Assembly: GCA_016218805.1 (NCBI GenBank)
Contig: JACRCW010000022.1
Coordinates: forward strand, 1-64,000
Source: Deltaproteobacteria bacterium
Lineage (GTDB): Bacteria; Myxococcota; JACRCW01
Direction: 5' to 3'
DNA length: 64,000 nucleotides
A program made the position numbers and the translations under genes. The notes beneath the pieces are model-generated. The model was not told the DNA's origin. It worked only from the letters and a program-made list of their open reading frames with translations, and ran no database searches. How positions within the stretch are numbered: position 1 is the stretch's first letter; each line of letters opens with the position of its first letter. Below are positions 8,494 through 17,340 of this stretch, piece by piece.

Positions 8494-10641
8494 TCAGCGG
8501 AGGTAACACGCGTCGGGTTGCTGGTCGGCGTCTGTGTCCACGCACACCAGCCCCGCGCCGGCGCCGCAATCCGCCGTGGTGGTGCACGCGCGGCGGCATT
8601 CGCCGGTGATGGGGCCGGTGGCCACGCAGGTCTCTGACGCCTGGCAACCGCTCCCGCTGGTGCGCGGCACGCAGCCCTCACGCACGCACGTGTGGTCCGC
8701 CCCGCAGCGCAGGCCCAGCGCGCACGGGGACGCCACCCCGCACGCCGCCCCCACGCCAGCAGCCGGGTGGTGGCAGGTGGCTGAGTCAGCGTCACACTCA
8801 CCACCGGCGCAGGGAGCGGCCGCTGAGCAGGGGTGGAAGTTGTTCCACGGCCAGCACAGCGGGTGCCACACGACGAACGCGCTGTCCGCCGTCACCACGG
8901 TGACGGCGGGGACGCCGTGACAGTCCATGCCGGCGGCGCAGTCCGCGGCGGTGGCGCACCGGGAGGTGCACCGGCCGGGCTCGGCCGCCAGCGCGCCATG
9001 CGGCACCAGTCCGCCCGCCGCCGCGCACGCACCGGACAGGCAGTCATCCGGCGAGCGACAGGCCTCCCCCACGCGGCCGCGCTGCGCGCAGCGCCAGGTT
9101 CCCGCGGGATCCAGCAGGCACACGCGCCCGGCGGCGCAAGCGCGGCTGGGGCCACAGGCCGGGTCGGACAGCGCGCTGCGCCCTTCCACGGTGCAGGCGC
9201 TGAACAGAGAGCGCTGGTCCAGGAACGCGCAGCCCGCAATGCCGCAATCCGCCTCGCGGCGGCACAGCTGGCGGTCCGTGGGCACGCTGACGCACACCGC
9301 GGCCACCGCCGGGGCGCTGGGACCGGTGATGGGCCGCTCGGCGCAGAACGGCAGCGCCGCGGGGCAATCACCGTCCCACTGGCACAGCTTGGAGCACGCA
9401 CCCTCGGCGCAGACGCCGTGGCGACACGCGGCGCCCTCGCCACCGGGGCACGCGTCTCCGGGGGGCAGCGAGCCCGGAAGGACGGGGCGACACCGCGGCG
9501 TGAAGGCAGCACCCGGCACCGTGACGTCGGACGAGGGTGCGCACACCTCACCCGCGCCGCACACGTCATCCTGCCCCGCCGGCGCATCCCCGCAGACCAC
9601 GCCCGTGCAAACGCCCGCTGCGTCCGCGGCGGCGCCCGCGGCCAGGCACACGCGGCCCTCCCCGCACGCCACGCCGTCACCGCACGCCGCACGGCACACG
9701 CCGTCCGAGCACTGGGCGGGGTGGGGACCGAACTGGCGGCAGTCCGCGAGGCTCCGGCACGGCCCGTCCACCGGCGCCCCGGTGGACCGGTCCGCCGTGC
9801 ACTGCAGCGCGGGAAGGAGCGGGCCTCCATCCGCCGCTGACCACCCCAGCACGCAGCTCTCGCCCTCAGTGCAGGCCGCGCCGCCCCCGCAGGAGGTGAG
9901 CGAACCGGGAAGGCACGCGCGGCCGGTCAGCGACGGGTAGTCTCCACAGCGCAGGCGCGTACCGGCGGGCAGCGGCGAGGCCGTCTCTTCCACGCGGCAG
10001 TGTTCATCCACCGAGCACGGCGCGGAACACATCCCCGCGACGCAGAGGCCGGAGGCGCATTCGCCTGGCGCGCGGCAGCATCCGCCCGTCCCGCGCGGCC
10101 CCGGGCCGGCGCCGGCACACCCCGGTTGGAGCGGCCCCGCATCCGCGCCCCCGTCCGCCCCCGCCGCGTCCGCGGCACCCGCGTCCGCCGCGCCAGCGTC
10201 CCACGCCACCCCGCTCCAGGACGAGGAACCCGGCGTGTGGGACGCGTTGGACGATGAGGCGACCGCCGACGCCGTGCCGCCGGAACCGGACGGTGCCGAC
10301 GATGTTGCCACCGCGCCCGAGGAGGCACCGCCCGACGACGTCCCGCCGTCCGCAACCCGCGTGCAGACCATGGACACGCAGCGCAGCGGCGTGCGGCAGT
10401 CCGCGCTGCGCAGGCAGGTGTCCCCTTCCCCGCCGGACGCTCCGGCGTCACCCGTCCCGCCGTCCACCACCGGCGCGCTGCACACCAGCGCCACGCACAA
10501 CAACCCCCCGGCACAGTCCTGCGACCGCAGGCAGCTGGCGCCCGCGCCGCCGCCGCCCGCGTCTCCGCGGTCCCATCCGCCGCCACCCGCGCAACCCGCC
10601 GTCAACCCGGCGAACACCCAGACTGCCCATGAACCACGCAT
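8494..10641 (-). CDS. Large Cys-rich repeat lipoprotein
   Basis: Lipobox LTAGC; many CxxxxDC..C repeats; Ser/Gly and DAG linkers. Confidence 0.8.
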   Translation of the reverse strand: MRGSWAVWVFAGLTAGCAGGGGWDRGDAGGGGAGASCLRSQDCAGGLLCVALVCSAPVVDGGTGDAGASGGEGDTCLRSADCRTPLRCVSMVCTRVADGGTSSGGASSGAVATSSAPSGSGGTASAVASSSNASHTPGSSSWSGVAWDAGAADAGAADAAGADGGADAGPLQPGCAGAGPGPRGTGGCCRAPGECASGLCVAGMCSAPCSVDEHCRVEETASPLPAGTRLRCGDYPSLTGRACLPGSLTSCGGGAACTEGESCVLGWSAADGGPLLPALQCTADRSTGAPVDGPCRSLADCRQFGPHPAQCSDGVCRAACGDGVACGEGRVCLAAGAAADAAGVCTGVVCGDAPAGQDDVCGAGEVCAPSSDVTVPGAAFTPRCRPVLPGSLPPGDACPGGEGAACRHGVCAEGACSKLCQWDGDCPAALPFCAERPITGPSAPAVAAVCVSVPTDRQLCRREADCGIAGCAFLDQRSLFSACTVEGRSALSDPACGPSRACAAGRVCLLDPAGTWRCAQRGRVGEACRSPDDCLSGACAAAGGLVPHGALAAEPGRCTSRCATAADCAAGMDCHGVPAVTVVTADSAFVVWHPLCWPWNNFHPCSAAAPCAGGECDADSATCHHPAAGVGAACGVASPCALGLRCGADHTCVREGCVPRTSGSGCQASETCVATGPITGECRRACTTTADCGAGAGLVCVDTDADQQPDACYLR

Positions 10642-10744
10642 GCCATTGCGCTCCTCGCGCCACGTCAAACGCCGCGCATGATACCCCGCCCCGGGGCCCC
10701 GCCCGCTTTTCCCGCCGCGCAGCGGCCCCGTCGGAAGAAAGTGG

Positions 10745-10773
10745 TTGACGAGCCCGACCGCCCCGGATACAAG
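10745..10773 (+). promoter_or_regulatory. sigma70-type promoter of the tRNA
   Basis: TTGACG-17 bp-TACAAG followed by a GC-rich discriminator just upstream of the tRNA. Confidence 0.6.
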
Positions 10774-10786
10774 CCGCCTCCCCTGA

Positions 10787-10862
10787 CGCGGGGTGGAGCA
10801 GTTGGTAGCTCATCGGGCTCATAACCCGAAGGTCGCAGGTTCAAGTCCTGCCCCCGCATCCA
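10787..10862 (+). tRNA. tRNA-Met(CAT), initiator type
   Basis: 76-nt cloverleaf; C1:A72 mismatch; GGG/CCC anticodon stem; loop CTCATAA; TTCAAGT T-loop; encoded CCA. Confidence 0.97.
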
Positions 10863-10873
10863 ACTTACGTCGT

Positions 10874-10916
10874 GAAAGCGCGCGCTTGGGAAAGCCCCCG
10901 GCGCGCGTTTTCGCTT
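10874..10916 (+). terminator. Intrinsic terminator after the tRNA (element-encoded)
   Basis: GAAAGCGCGCGC...GCGCGCGTTTTC stem followed by T-rich bases; near copy at 18943-18986. Confidence 0.7.
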
Positions 10917-10927
10917 GTGGGGCAGGC

Positions 10928-10946
10928 TGGACCCCTATTGGACCAC
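10928..10946 (+). repeat. Putative integrase arm-type sites, left end
   Basis: TGGACCCC-TAT-TGGACCAC: two TGGACC units 11 bp apart; same arrangement at 18764-18782. Confidence 0.6.
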
Positions 10947-11035
10947 GGAACGGTCCTTACAGGGGCGCCCAGGCCGCAAAGCGGGGGTGTTCTTTTGCGG
11001 GACGCGCGTGTGTTGCCCGGCTCTACGGAGCAACC

Positions 11036-12136
11036 ATGCCGGACAGGCACGGAACCAAGTGGCGCGCACGCTGGCTCGACGTCGAGGGGCGACGTCGCTG
11101 CGCCGTCTTCCTGAGCCACGCCGACGCCGCGGCGTACGAACGGGAGCGCAAGTCCGAGGCGGAGCAGATCCGACGAGGGCTGCGCCCCGCGCCCGTGCCC
11201 GAGCACTCGTTCGACGAGTTGTGCGACTACTGGCTGACGCACAGGGCGTCCCGAAAGCGCTCGGCCAAGGACGACGAGAGCATCATCCGACGACACCTGC
11301 GGCCGACGTTTGGCGCACTGCGTGTTGCGGATGCGTCGTGGGTGGAGCGCTACGACGCCTTCGCGTCGACGTTCGCGGCGACACCCAAGACCCTGCACAA
11401 CGTCGCTACGCTCCTCGTTTCCATGCTCCGCTGCGCAACGGACCTCGGGTGGATCGCCCGCTGCCCGTCGATACGCAAGCCCCGCATCGTGCGGGACGCG
11501 ACGGACTTCCGCTACCTGCGCACGCCGGAGGAAATCGGGCGCTTCCTTCGGGCCGCCCGCAACGAAGGGCCGGACGTCTTCACGCTCTACATGGCTGCCG
11601 TCTACACCGGCATGCGTGCCGGCGAGCTCGCCGGGCTGCGCTGGGAGGATATTGACCTGTCGCGGCGGCTCGTGACCGTGCAGCGGAGCTTCGGCGGGCC
11701 GACGAAGGCCGGCTACGTGCGTTACGTGCCCCTCGTCGACGCGCTCCTCCCGCACCTCCAGGCGTGGCGGCTGCAGTGCCCCGGCGACCTCGTGTTCCCG
11801 AGCAAGACGGGCACCATGCTCTTGCCGTCTGCGCGCATCTTCCAGGACGTCCTCCAGCGCGTGCTGCGCACCGCGGGCTTTCCCGACGCCACGCGCAGCG
11901 GGAAGCCGTGCGCATACGTCACTTTCCATGACCTGCGGCACACGTTCGCGTCACACTGGATGATGAGCGGGGGCGACATCTTCAAGCTTCAGCGCATCGG
12001 TGGGTGGAAGTCGTTCGCGATGGTGCAGCGCTACGCGCACCTCGCACCGGACGCGTTCACGGCGGACTACGGGCGCATGCCGCGCGTCGTCGTCGAGGAA
12101 TCGGCGGCGGTCATTCCGTTGCGGGCGTGGAGATGA
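11036..12136 (+). CDS. int: Tyrosine recombinase / integrase
   Basis: N-terminal arm-binding-like KWRARW; YTGMRAGEL, TKAG, FHDLRHTFAS, GGW, QRYAH catalytic motifs; GGAG RBS before ATG 11036. Confidence 0.95.
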   Translation: MPDRHGTKWRARWLDVEGRRRCAVFLSHADAAAYERERKSEAEQIRRGLRPAPVPEHSFDELCDYWLTHRASRKRSAKDDESIIRRHLRPTFGALRVADASWVERYDAFASTFAATPKTLHNVATLLVSMLRCATDLGWIARCPSIRKPRIVRDATDFRYLRTPEEIGRFLRAARNEGPDVFTLYMAAVYTGMRAGELAGLRWEDIDLSRRLVTVQRSFGGPTKAGYVRYVPLVDALLPHLQAWRLQCPGDLVFPSKTGTMLLPSARIFQDVLQRVLRTAGFPDATRSGKPCAYVTFHDLRHTFASHWMMSGGDIFKLQRIGGWKSFAMVQRYAHLAPDAFTADYGRMPRVVVEESAAVIPLRAWR

Positions 12137-12189
12137 GAGCACGCATGGCAGCCGCCGTCGTGAATGCGCGCGACCTCGCCCTGCGCCAC

Positions 12190-12420
12190 CTACCGCGTCG
12201 CCGCCTCCCACTGCTCAAGCGGCTTCAGATTCATCTCAGGCACCTCAAGCTCCATGGGCTCGTAGTCCGGTCCGGGGTCGAGGCGGACGCGCCACAGCCG
12301 ACGACCGCCGACGCCAATGGGACCGCGGTCTTCAATGATCTTCACCTTGGCGATGTACGGCGCCATGTCCAGCATGACATCCTGGCCAAGGGAGAACGCG
12401 GGCGGGTGGCGTCGGCTCAT
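12190..12420 (-). CDS. Small hypothetical protein, SH3/KOW-like beta pattern
   Basis: 76 aa, starts 9 nt after the HEPN gene stop; FSLGQDV...AKVKIIEDRGPIGVGGRRLWRVRL. Confidence 0.6.
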   Translation of the reverse strand: MSRRHPPAFSLGQDVMLDMAPYIAKVKIIEDRGPIGVGGRRLWRVRLDPGPDYEPMELEVPEMNLKPLEQWEAATR

Positions 12421-12429
12421 AGTGCAATC

Positions 12430-12996
12430 CTACCAGGGCGCCTTGTTCGTGACCACCTGGACCTGTTGGCTCACCGCGACGTCGAGGGTCGCCGCAAGGC
12501 CATCGCAAGCTCGCCGCCATCGGACCACCTTGGCAAGGCGAAGTCCGGGCTTCACCTTGGAAAAATCGTGATGCGCAATTGCATTGCGGTAGGAGTTGAG
12601 TTCTTCCAAGGCGTCTTGCCGCCCTTTCGTTCGCACGTCGACGGACTTCGCCGCGTCCCAGATCTTGGATGTGCCAAGGAAGTCGAAGTCTGCACCGATG
12701 GCGCTCGGGCTGGCGTTTCCTTTGTCGAGCCGCCGGTTCTTGAGGAGAGCGGCGCGCAGCACTGCGCCCATCGACGGGCCGGCAGCGTCCGCCAAGGCGT
12801 CCACTGCCTCGGAGTGAAGGTCGCGGCAATACCGCTGGAACTGGGCAGCGACGAGAAGTGCATAGGCATAGTTCAGTTGCCGCGTCGCCCAGCGACGTCC
12901 GCGACCGGCGCCTCCGACGCTCTTGTGCGCAGTTTCCAGTTCGTCCAGTTCGTGCTGCCCCTCACCTTGCCACCGTTTCAGTGCGCCGGACGCCAT
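12430..12996 (-). CDS. HEPN-domain protein (predicted RNase)
   Basis: Rx4H motif in LEELNSYRNAIAHHD; N-terminal helix YALLVAAQFQRYCRDLHSE typical of HEPN folds. Confidence 0.75.
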   Translation of the reverse strand: MASGALKRWQGEGQHELDELETAHKSVGGAGRGRRWATRQLNYAYALLVAAQFQRYCRDLHSEAVDALADAAGPSMGAVLRAALLKNRRLDKGNASPSAIGADFDFLGTSKIWDAAKSVDVRTKGRQDALEELNSYRNAIAHHDFSKVKPGLRLAKVVRWRRACDGLAATLDVAVSQQVQVVTNKAPW

Positions 12997-13144
12997 GGAT
13001 CGCGTCAGTCGCACACACCCGGCCCGCAGGCAACGTCGTCATGGACGCCTACTGTCGGCGTGCACCCTCACAGCGCGCGGGGCGCCTCCGCCTTCGAGGT
13101 CTTCAATCTCGCGCGAGTAACCGCTAAGGCGGGCCTACCACGCC

Positions 13145-13765
13145 ATGCGTGGCGTTCAATACTCGGCAGACCCGGTCAGGCTGGGGCAGGTGAAGCCGTC
13201 CCTTGCCGCCCGCCCGACGGAGAACAAGCGCCCTCGACGTCAGAGCGCCCGTTTTGGCGAGTACGTCCGCCGCCTGCGACTCACCAAGGGCTGGACCCTC
13301 GACGACGCGGCGGAACACATGGGCCTTGATCCGAAATACCTGCAGAAGATCGAAACGGGCCGCGTGAATGTGACCCTTCCGACGGCCCTACGCGTGCTCT
13401 CAGGTCTCGGCGAACCCATGAGCGCCGCGTTCGAGGAGCCTGCCCAACGCCCGCCCAGCCGGCCGACGTTGGTGGCGACGCGCGTCGATGATCCGGACGT
13501 CGCGCTGCACGTCGTGGGTAACAACGTCGCGCGACTCCGTCTCTCACTTGGCTGGACGCAGCGGACGCTTGCGGCGCGCGTGGGACTTGGCCTGACGACG
13601 GTGCAACAGGTTGAGGCAGGGAAGCAGAACCTCACCGTTCGCTCGCTGGTTCTCCTCGCCGCAACGCTTGACGTCGACGTGGCGACGCTGTTCCTCGCGG
13701 GACCCGAGACGGCCCGCCGTCAGCGGCGGCCACGGGTGACAGGGAACCCGCGCCCCCGGACGTAG
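13145..13765 (+). CDS. XRE-family regulator with two HTH domains
   Basis: FGEYVRRLRLTKGWTLDDAAEHMGLDPKYLQKIETG and VGNNVARLRLSLGWTQRTLAARVGLGLTTVQQVEAG. Start uncertain. Confidence 0.85.
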   Translation: MRGVQYSADPVRLGQVKPSLAARPTENKRPRRQSARFGEYVRRLRLTKGWTLDDAAEHMGLDPKYLQKIETGRVNVTLPTALRVLSGLGEPMSAAFEEPAQRPPSRPTLVATRVDDPDVALHVVGNNVARLRLSLGWTQRTLAARVGLGLTTVQQVEAGKQNLTVRSLVLLAATLDVDVATLFLAGPETARRQRRPRVTGNPRPRT

Positions 13766-13929
13766 ACCGGGCAGGATGCGCCCGGGCGCCGTCCGCTCCG
13801 CGCACCGCAAATCCGTGTTTTCCGTCGGCAATCTCCTCCGGAAAAAGGAGGGGTGCCTTTTGCGGGACGACGTCATCGCAAGAAAGCCCAAGGTCTGACC
13901 TCCAACGCCATCACGGCAAGGAGGACGAT

Positions 13930-14181
13930 GTGTCAGACCTCATGACGTACAAGGAAGCGGCACAGTACATCGCGGTCCCGCTTGGGACGCTGTACTCGCT
14001 CGTGTGCCGCAAGCGTATCCCCCACGTGCGGCTGGGCAAGCGCTTCGTGCGCTTCAAGCGCGAACACCTCGACAAGTGGATCGACACCGGCGTGGTTCGC
14101 CAGTCGGGCGAGTACGCGGGCCTTGGGCATGCGCCAGTCGGCGGCCATGCTGACGCAACGACGACGGCCCCAAGCCGGTAG
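13930..14181 (+). CDS. xis: Excisionase-like HTH protein
   Basis: LMTYKEAAQYIAVPLGTLYSLV...IPHVRLGKRFVRFKREHLDKWI; AAGGAGG RBS before GTG. Confidence 0.88.
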   Translation: MSDLMTYKEAAQYIAVPLGTLYSLVCRKRIPHVRLGKRFVRFKREHLDKWIDTGVVRQSGEYAGLGHAPVGGHADATTTAPSR

Positions 14182-14195
14182 CGCGCGGGCGTGTC

Positions 14196-16163
14196 GTGGA
14201 GCCGTTGCACGGGGTGCCGTGCGCCCCGTTGGGGCGCAGTAGCGGCCGTCAGCCGGCCGCTGGCGGCGCGCTTGCGCGCCCACCGACCCGTGTAGGGGAG
14301 CCGGCGGGGGCCCCGGCGACGCCGGGGGCGGCTCCCCGTGAGCGCGACGCTGACACCGCCGCAGCCGTCACCTCTCAAGAGCGCAGTTGGAGCGCCGTCG
14401 AGTGCCTCGCGCAAGCGCCCGAGCCTGCCGCCCGACGTGCGGCGCCCGCGCCGCGCACACGGCAGCCGCACGCCTATTTCAGCGGCCCGACCGACGCGGA
14501 CCCGGTGCTGGCCGTTCCGGCGAACTGGCCTGACGACATTGCCCGTGTTGCCTACGCTGACCTTGTCCACCGACTCGAAACCGGATTGCTGCGGCCGGGT
14601 GACGACGTCCACGCGTGGACGCTTGATGACGAACCCGGCGAGCTGGGCCGCTACACGCCGGTGCGCCTCCTCAGTCCGGCGCAATGCGCTGCGAGCCTGC
14701 AACGTGCGTCCAGCGCCCCCGGTCCGGCGGCGAACGACCTGGAGCATGATCTCGGCGCACACCGCATCGGATACTGCCAACCGGAGCCCTTCGTGCCCCG
14801 CGACGATGACGAGCGGGAAGCGCTCGCGGGTGTGCGAGGCGACTGCATTCTCGCGGAGAACGCCCAGCGCGACGCCCTCGCGGTCAAACACCGCGAGGAG
14901 CGGGAGGTGCTCCGATCATCGCTGCGCGGTGAAGGCGCGAACCGCGCGCAGGGGGCTGACAACGCGGAGGCGGCCGATGCGGACGCTCGCATAGCTCGCC
15001 TAGGAGCGCGCCAGCGCGACGAACGCGATCGCCTCCATGCCGAGGGCAGGGAGCGGCTCCGTGCTGCCCTGGACGCCTGCCAGAGCGCGCTGAGGGTGGC
15101 ACGAATTGCGCGGCCCGCGGACGGGGCGACGGCGGGCCTTCCCGTTAACTTGAACAGGGCTCAAGTAGTTTCCAGGGACAGCGACGACGTCACAGACTTC
15201 GCGCGCTGGGAGAACGAGGGCGGCGCAAGGCCGCCGCCGCCACCCGACCCCTTGACCCGCCTCAACCTGTACGGGTGGCGCAATCCGACGCGCTGCGAGA
15301 GCGGCACTTGGATGCGGTGGAAGTGCGACAACGGCCACGAGCGCTCCGCCTACTGCGGCTGCAAGACGCTGGACTGCGAGGTTTGCCGCGACGAGGTGAC
15401 CCGGCAGCGGGCCAACCGTGCCTGGGAGACAACGGGGCGACTGGCGTCGTCCTATGGCTGGCACGTCCTCACGGTTCCGCCATCGTGCCGACAAGCCGTT
15501 GCCGACGCCGGGCCCCGCGCGTTCGCGCGCACTGCGTGGCGGGCGGTTGCCCGGTGGTACGCAGAGAAGGGCTATGACGTCGGCGGCATGGTCTTCCTGC
15601 ATCCCGTGGGGTCCATGCCCCGCGCCTGCGCATGCGGTGCCCCGCCGCCGACCGACGGCGTTGGTGCTCTGCGCGCGCGCTGCCGCTGCGGCCGTGACTT
15701 GGACTTTGACGATGGGGACCGCTTCCACCCGCACGCAAACGTCGGCGTGCCGCTCGTTGGACAGGACGGCAATGGCGCCGCTGTCGTCGTGCCGCGGTGG
15801 AAGACCGAGGCGGACTTGAAGCGCCTACGCGATCTGTACCGCCAGGAGCTTTCGGCACTTGTCGGGGAGGACACGGGCCGCGTCGTCGTCAACTATCGGT
15901 ATACCAAAACCACCGTCCAAGCCCGACACGCACTGCGGTACTTTGCCCGCTCGTTCCCGGGCTGGAGCGCGTGGACGTCGCTGCGCGGAGGCAGTTTCTA
16001 CGGCCTCTTGTCGAACGGCGTCGCCATGCGCTTTCATCTCAACGTCATCCGTGCAGGGCTGCGGCGGGCGATTGAGCCCCCTCTGCGCGCCTGCGCCGTG
16101 TGCGGCGCGGAAAGTCACATCGTGAGCATCACGGCTGGAGCGCCACCAACCGGGCCTCCGTGA
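14196..16163 (+). CDS. HUH endonuclease related to IS91-family transposases; probable rolling-circle Rep or relaxase
   Basis: The C-terminal ~290 aa carry, in IS91 order: RCESG...CDNGH...CKTLDCEVC (Zn), HVLTVP, FLHPVG, FHPHAN, ALRYFAR, FYGLLSN, CAVCG and terminal TGPP. N-terminal half unassigned; start uncertain. Confidence 0.72.
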   Translation: MEPLHGVPCAPLGRSSGRQPAAGGALARPPTRVGEPAGAPATPGAAPRERDADTAAAVTSQERSWSAVECLAQAPEPAARRAAPAPRTRQPHAYFSGPTDADPVLAVPANWPDDIARVAYADLVHRLETGLLRPGDDVHAWTLDDEPGELGRYTPVRLLSPAQCAASLQRASSAPGPAANDLEHDLGAHRIGYCQPEPFVPRDDDEREALAGVRGDCILAENAQRDALAVKHREEREVLRSSLRGEGANRAQGADNAEAADADARIARLGARQRDERDRLHAEGRERLRAALDACQSALRVARIARPADGATAGLPVNLNRAQVVSRDSDDVTDFARWENEGGARPPPPPDPLTRLNLYGWRNPTRCESGTWMRWKCDNGHERSAYCGCKTLDCEVCRDEVTRQRANRAWETTGRLASSYGWHVLTVPPSCRQAVADAGPRAFARTAWRAVARWYAEKGYDVGGMVFLHPVGSMPRACACGAPPPTDGVGALRARCRCGRDLDFDDGDRFHPHANVGVPLVGQDGNGAAVVVPRWKTEADLKRLRDLYRQELSALVGEDTGRVVVNYRYTKTTVQARHALRYFARSFPGWSAWTSLRGGSFYGLLSNGVAMRFHLNVIRAGLRRAIEPPLRACAVCGAESHIVSITAGAPPTGPP

Positions 16164-16294
16164 GCATTGCTGCGCTCACCCGTTGATCGCAAGCCCCCGA
16201 CCAACGCGCCGGCACGGCACCCTGGAGGCGCCGTTGCAGCGAAATGCGCGTCTGCGTACAAGACTCGTCATACCGAGCAAGCGGGAGGTGGCCA

Positions 16295-17338
16295 ATGCGG
16301 TTTGTCGTCGCGGGCGCTGTGTTCACGGCGCTGGTAGCGTGCACAGGTGGCGGCTCGCCGTCGTCCTCGTCATCTGGCGGTGCTTGCGTTCCCGGTGATC
16401 AGAAGGCGTGCGCATGCGCAGGGGGAACGCAGGGCGTCCAGGCATGCAAGGCTGACGGCAGCGGGTACGAGGTGTGCGGTCAGTGCGGCGGCGGAACGTC
16501 GTCGAGTGGAGGCATCAGCGGCGACACTGCTTGCACCGACGTCGCCACTGCCGTGTGCACCCGAATCGCTGCATGCTCAAACTACTGGCTAAAGGCGGCG
16601 TATGGAGACCACGCCGCGTGCGTTGCGCGGGCGAGGCTCGCGTTTTCTTGCCCGGGCGTGTTCTCGCTTGACGGAGCCACGGCGACCCCCACGCAATTTG
16701 AGGCATGCGCGACCGCGCTCCAGTCGACCACCTGCCAAGACCTCATCGTCGCCAAGTGGCCGACGGCCTGCCAGCTGGCGGGGACTCGCCCTAACGGGAG
16801 TGGCTGCGGCATGGCGATGCAATGTCAGTCCGGTGCATGCAACACGACGACGGCCAGCCAGTGCGGCACTTGTGCCGCGATGCCGCAGGCAGGAGACACG
16901 TGCACGACGGATGAATGCGACGGAGGCCTGACGTGCGTCAACGGGGTGTGCGCCCGATACGGCAGTGCCGGCGACACTTGCGACGCGAACCACCCGTGCA
17001 ACCCGTTTCTCACCTGTCGGTCTGGCACGTGCGGAACCCCCCTTGCGGGCGGAGCCACCTGCGACCCGCAGGCGAGCCAGTGTGACGCTTACGGCGCTTC
17101 GCTGTTCTGCAACGCGCAGAGACTCTGCCAAGTCATCGACGTCGTCGGCGCAGGGAGTCAATGCGGGTACGCAGCCGGTGCCACGTGCACGGCCATGGGC
17201 ACTTGCCGCAACGGCTTGTGCGTGTCGGCCGCGGCCGATGGCGCCGCCTGCGACGTCACGAATGGGCCCCAGTGCCTTTGGCCGGCGACGTGCGCCCAAG
17301 GGCTGTGTCACCTCACCGATCCGGCGGGGTGCAACTAA
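16295..17338 (+). CDS. Cys-rich lipoprotein
   Basis: GGGAGGT RBS; lipobox LVAC; Ser/Gly linker; dense Cys repeats. Confidence 0.85.
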   Translation: MRFVVAGAVFTALVACTGGGSPSSSSSGGACVPGDQKACACAGGTQGVQACKADGSGYEVCGQCGGGTSSSGGISGDTACTDVATAVCTRIAACSNYWLKAAYGDHAACVARARLAFSCPGVFSLDGATATPTQFEACATALQSTTCQDLIVAKWPTACQLAGTRPNGSGCGMAMQCQSGACNTTTASQCGTCAAMPQAGDTCTTDECDGGLTCVNGVCARYGSAGDTCDANHPCNPFLTCRSGTCGTPLAGGATCDPQASQCDAYGASLFCNAQRLCQVIDVVGAGSQCGYAAGATCTAMGTCRNGLCVSAAADGAACDVTNGPQCLWPATCAQGLCHLTDPAGCN

Positions 17339-17340
17339 CA

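Noticed and set aside
8494..10641. Cys-rich and GACGCGG-type short repeats as a DNA repeat array
   Set aside because: Explained by protein-level Cys modules and DAG/Ser-Gly linkers.
10793..11035. N-terminal extension of the integrase ORF in the track
   Set aside because: It reads through the tRNA and terminator; the RBS and ATG at 11036 give a normal integrase.
16264..16281. CTCG-TCATAC-CGAG-CAAG as an IS91-type oriIS end after the HUH gene
   Set aside because: Only a 4-bp stem plus a tetranucleotide; no matching terIS found, so too weak to call a nested IS.
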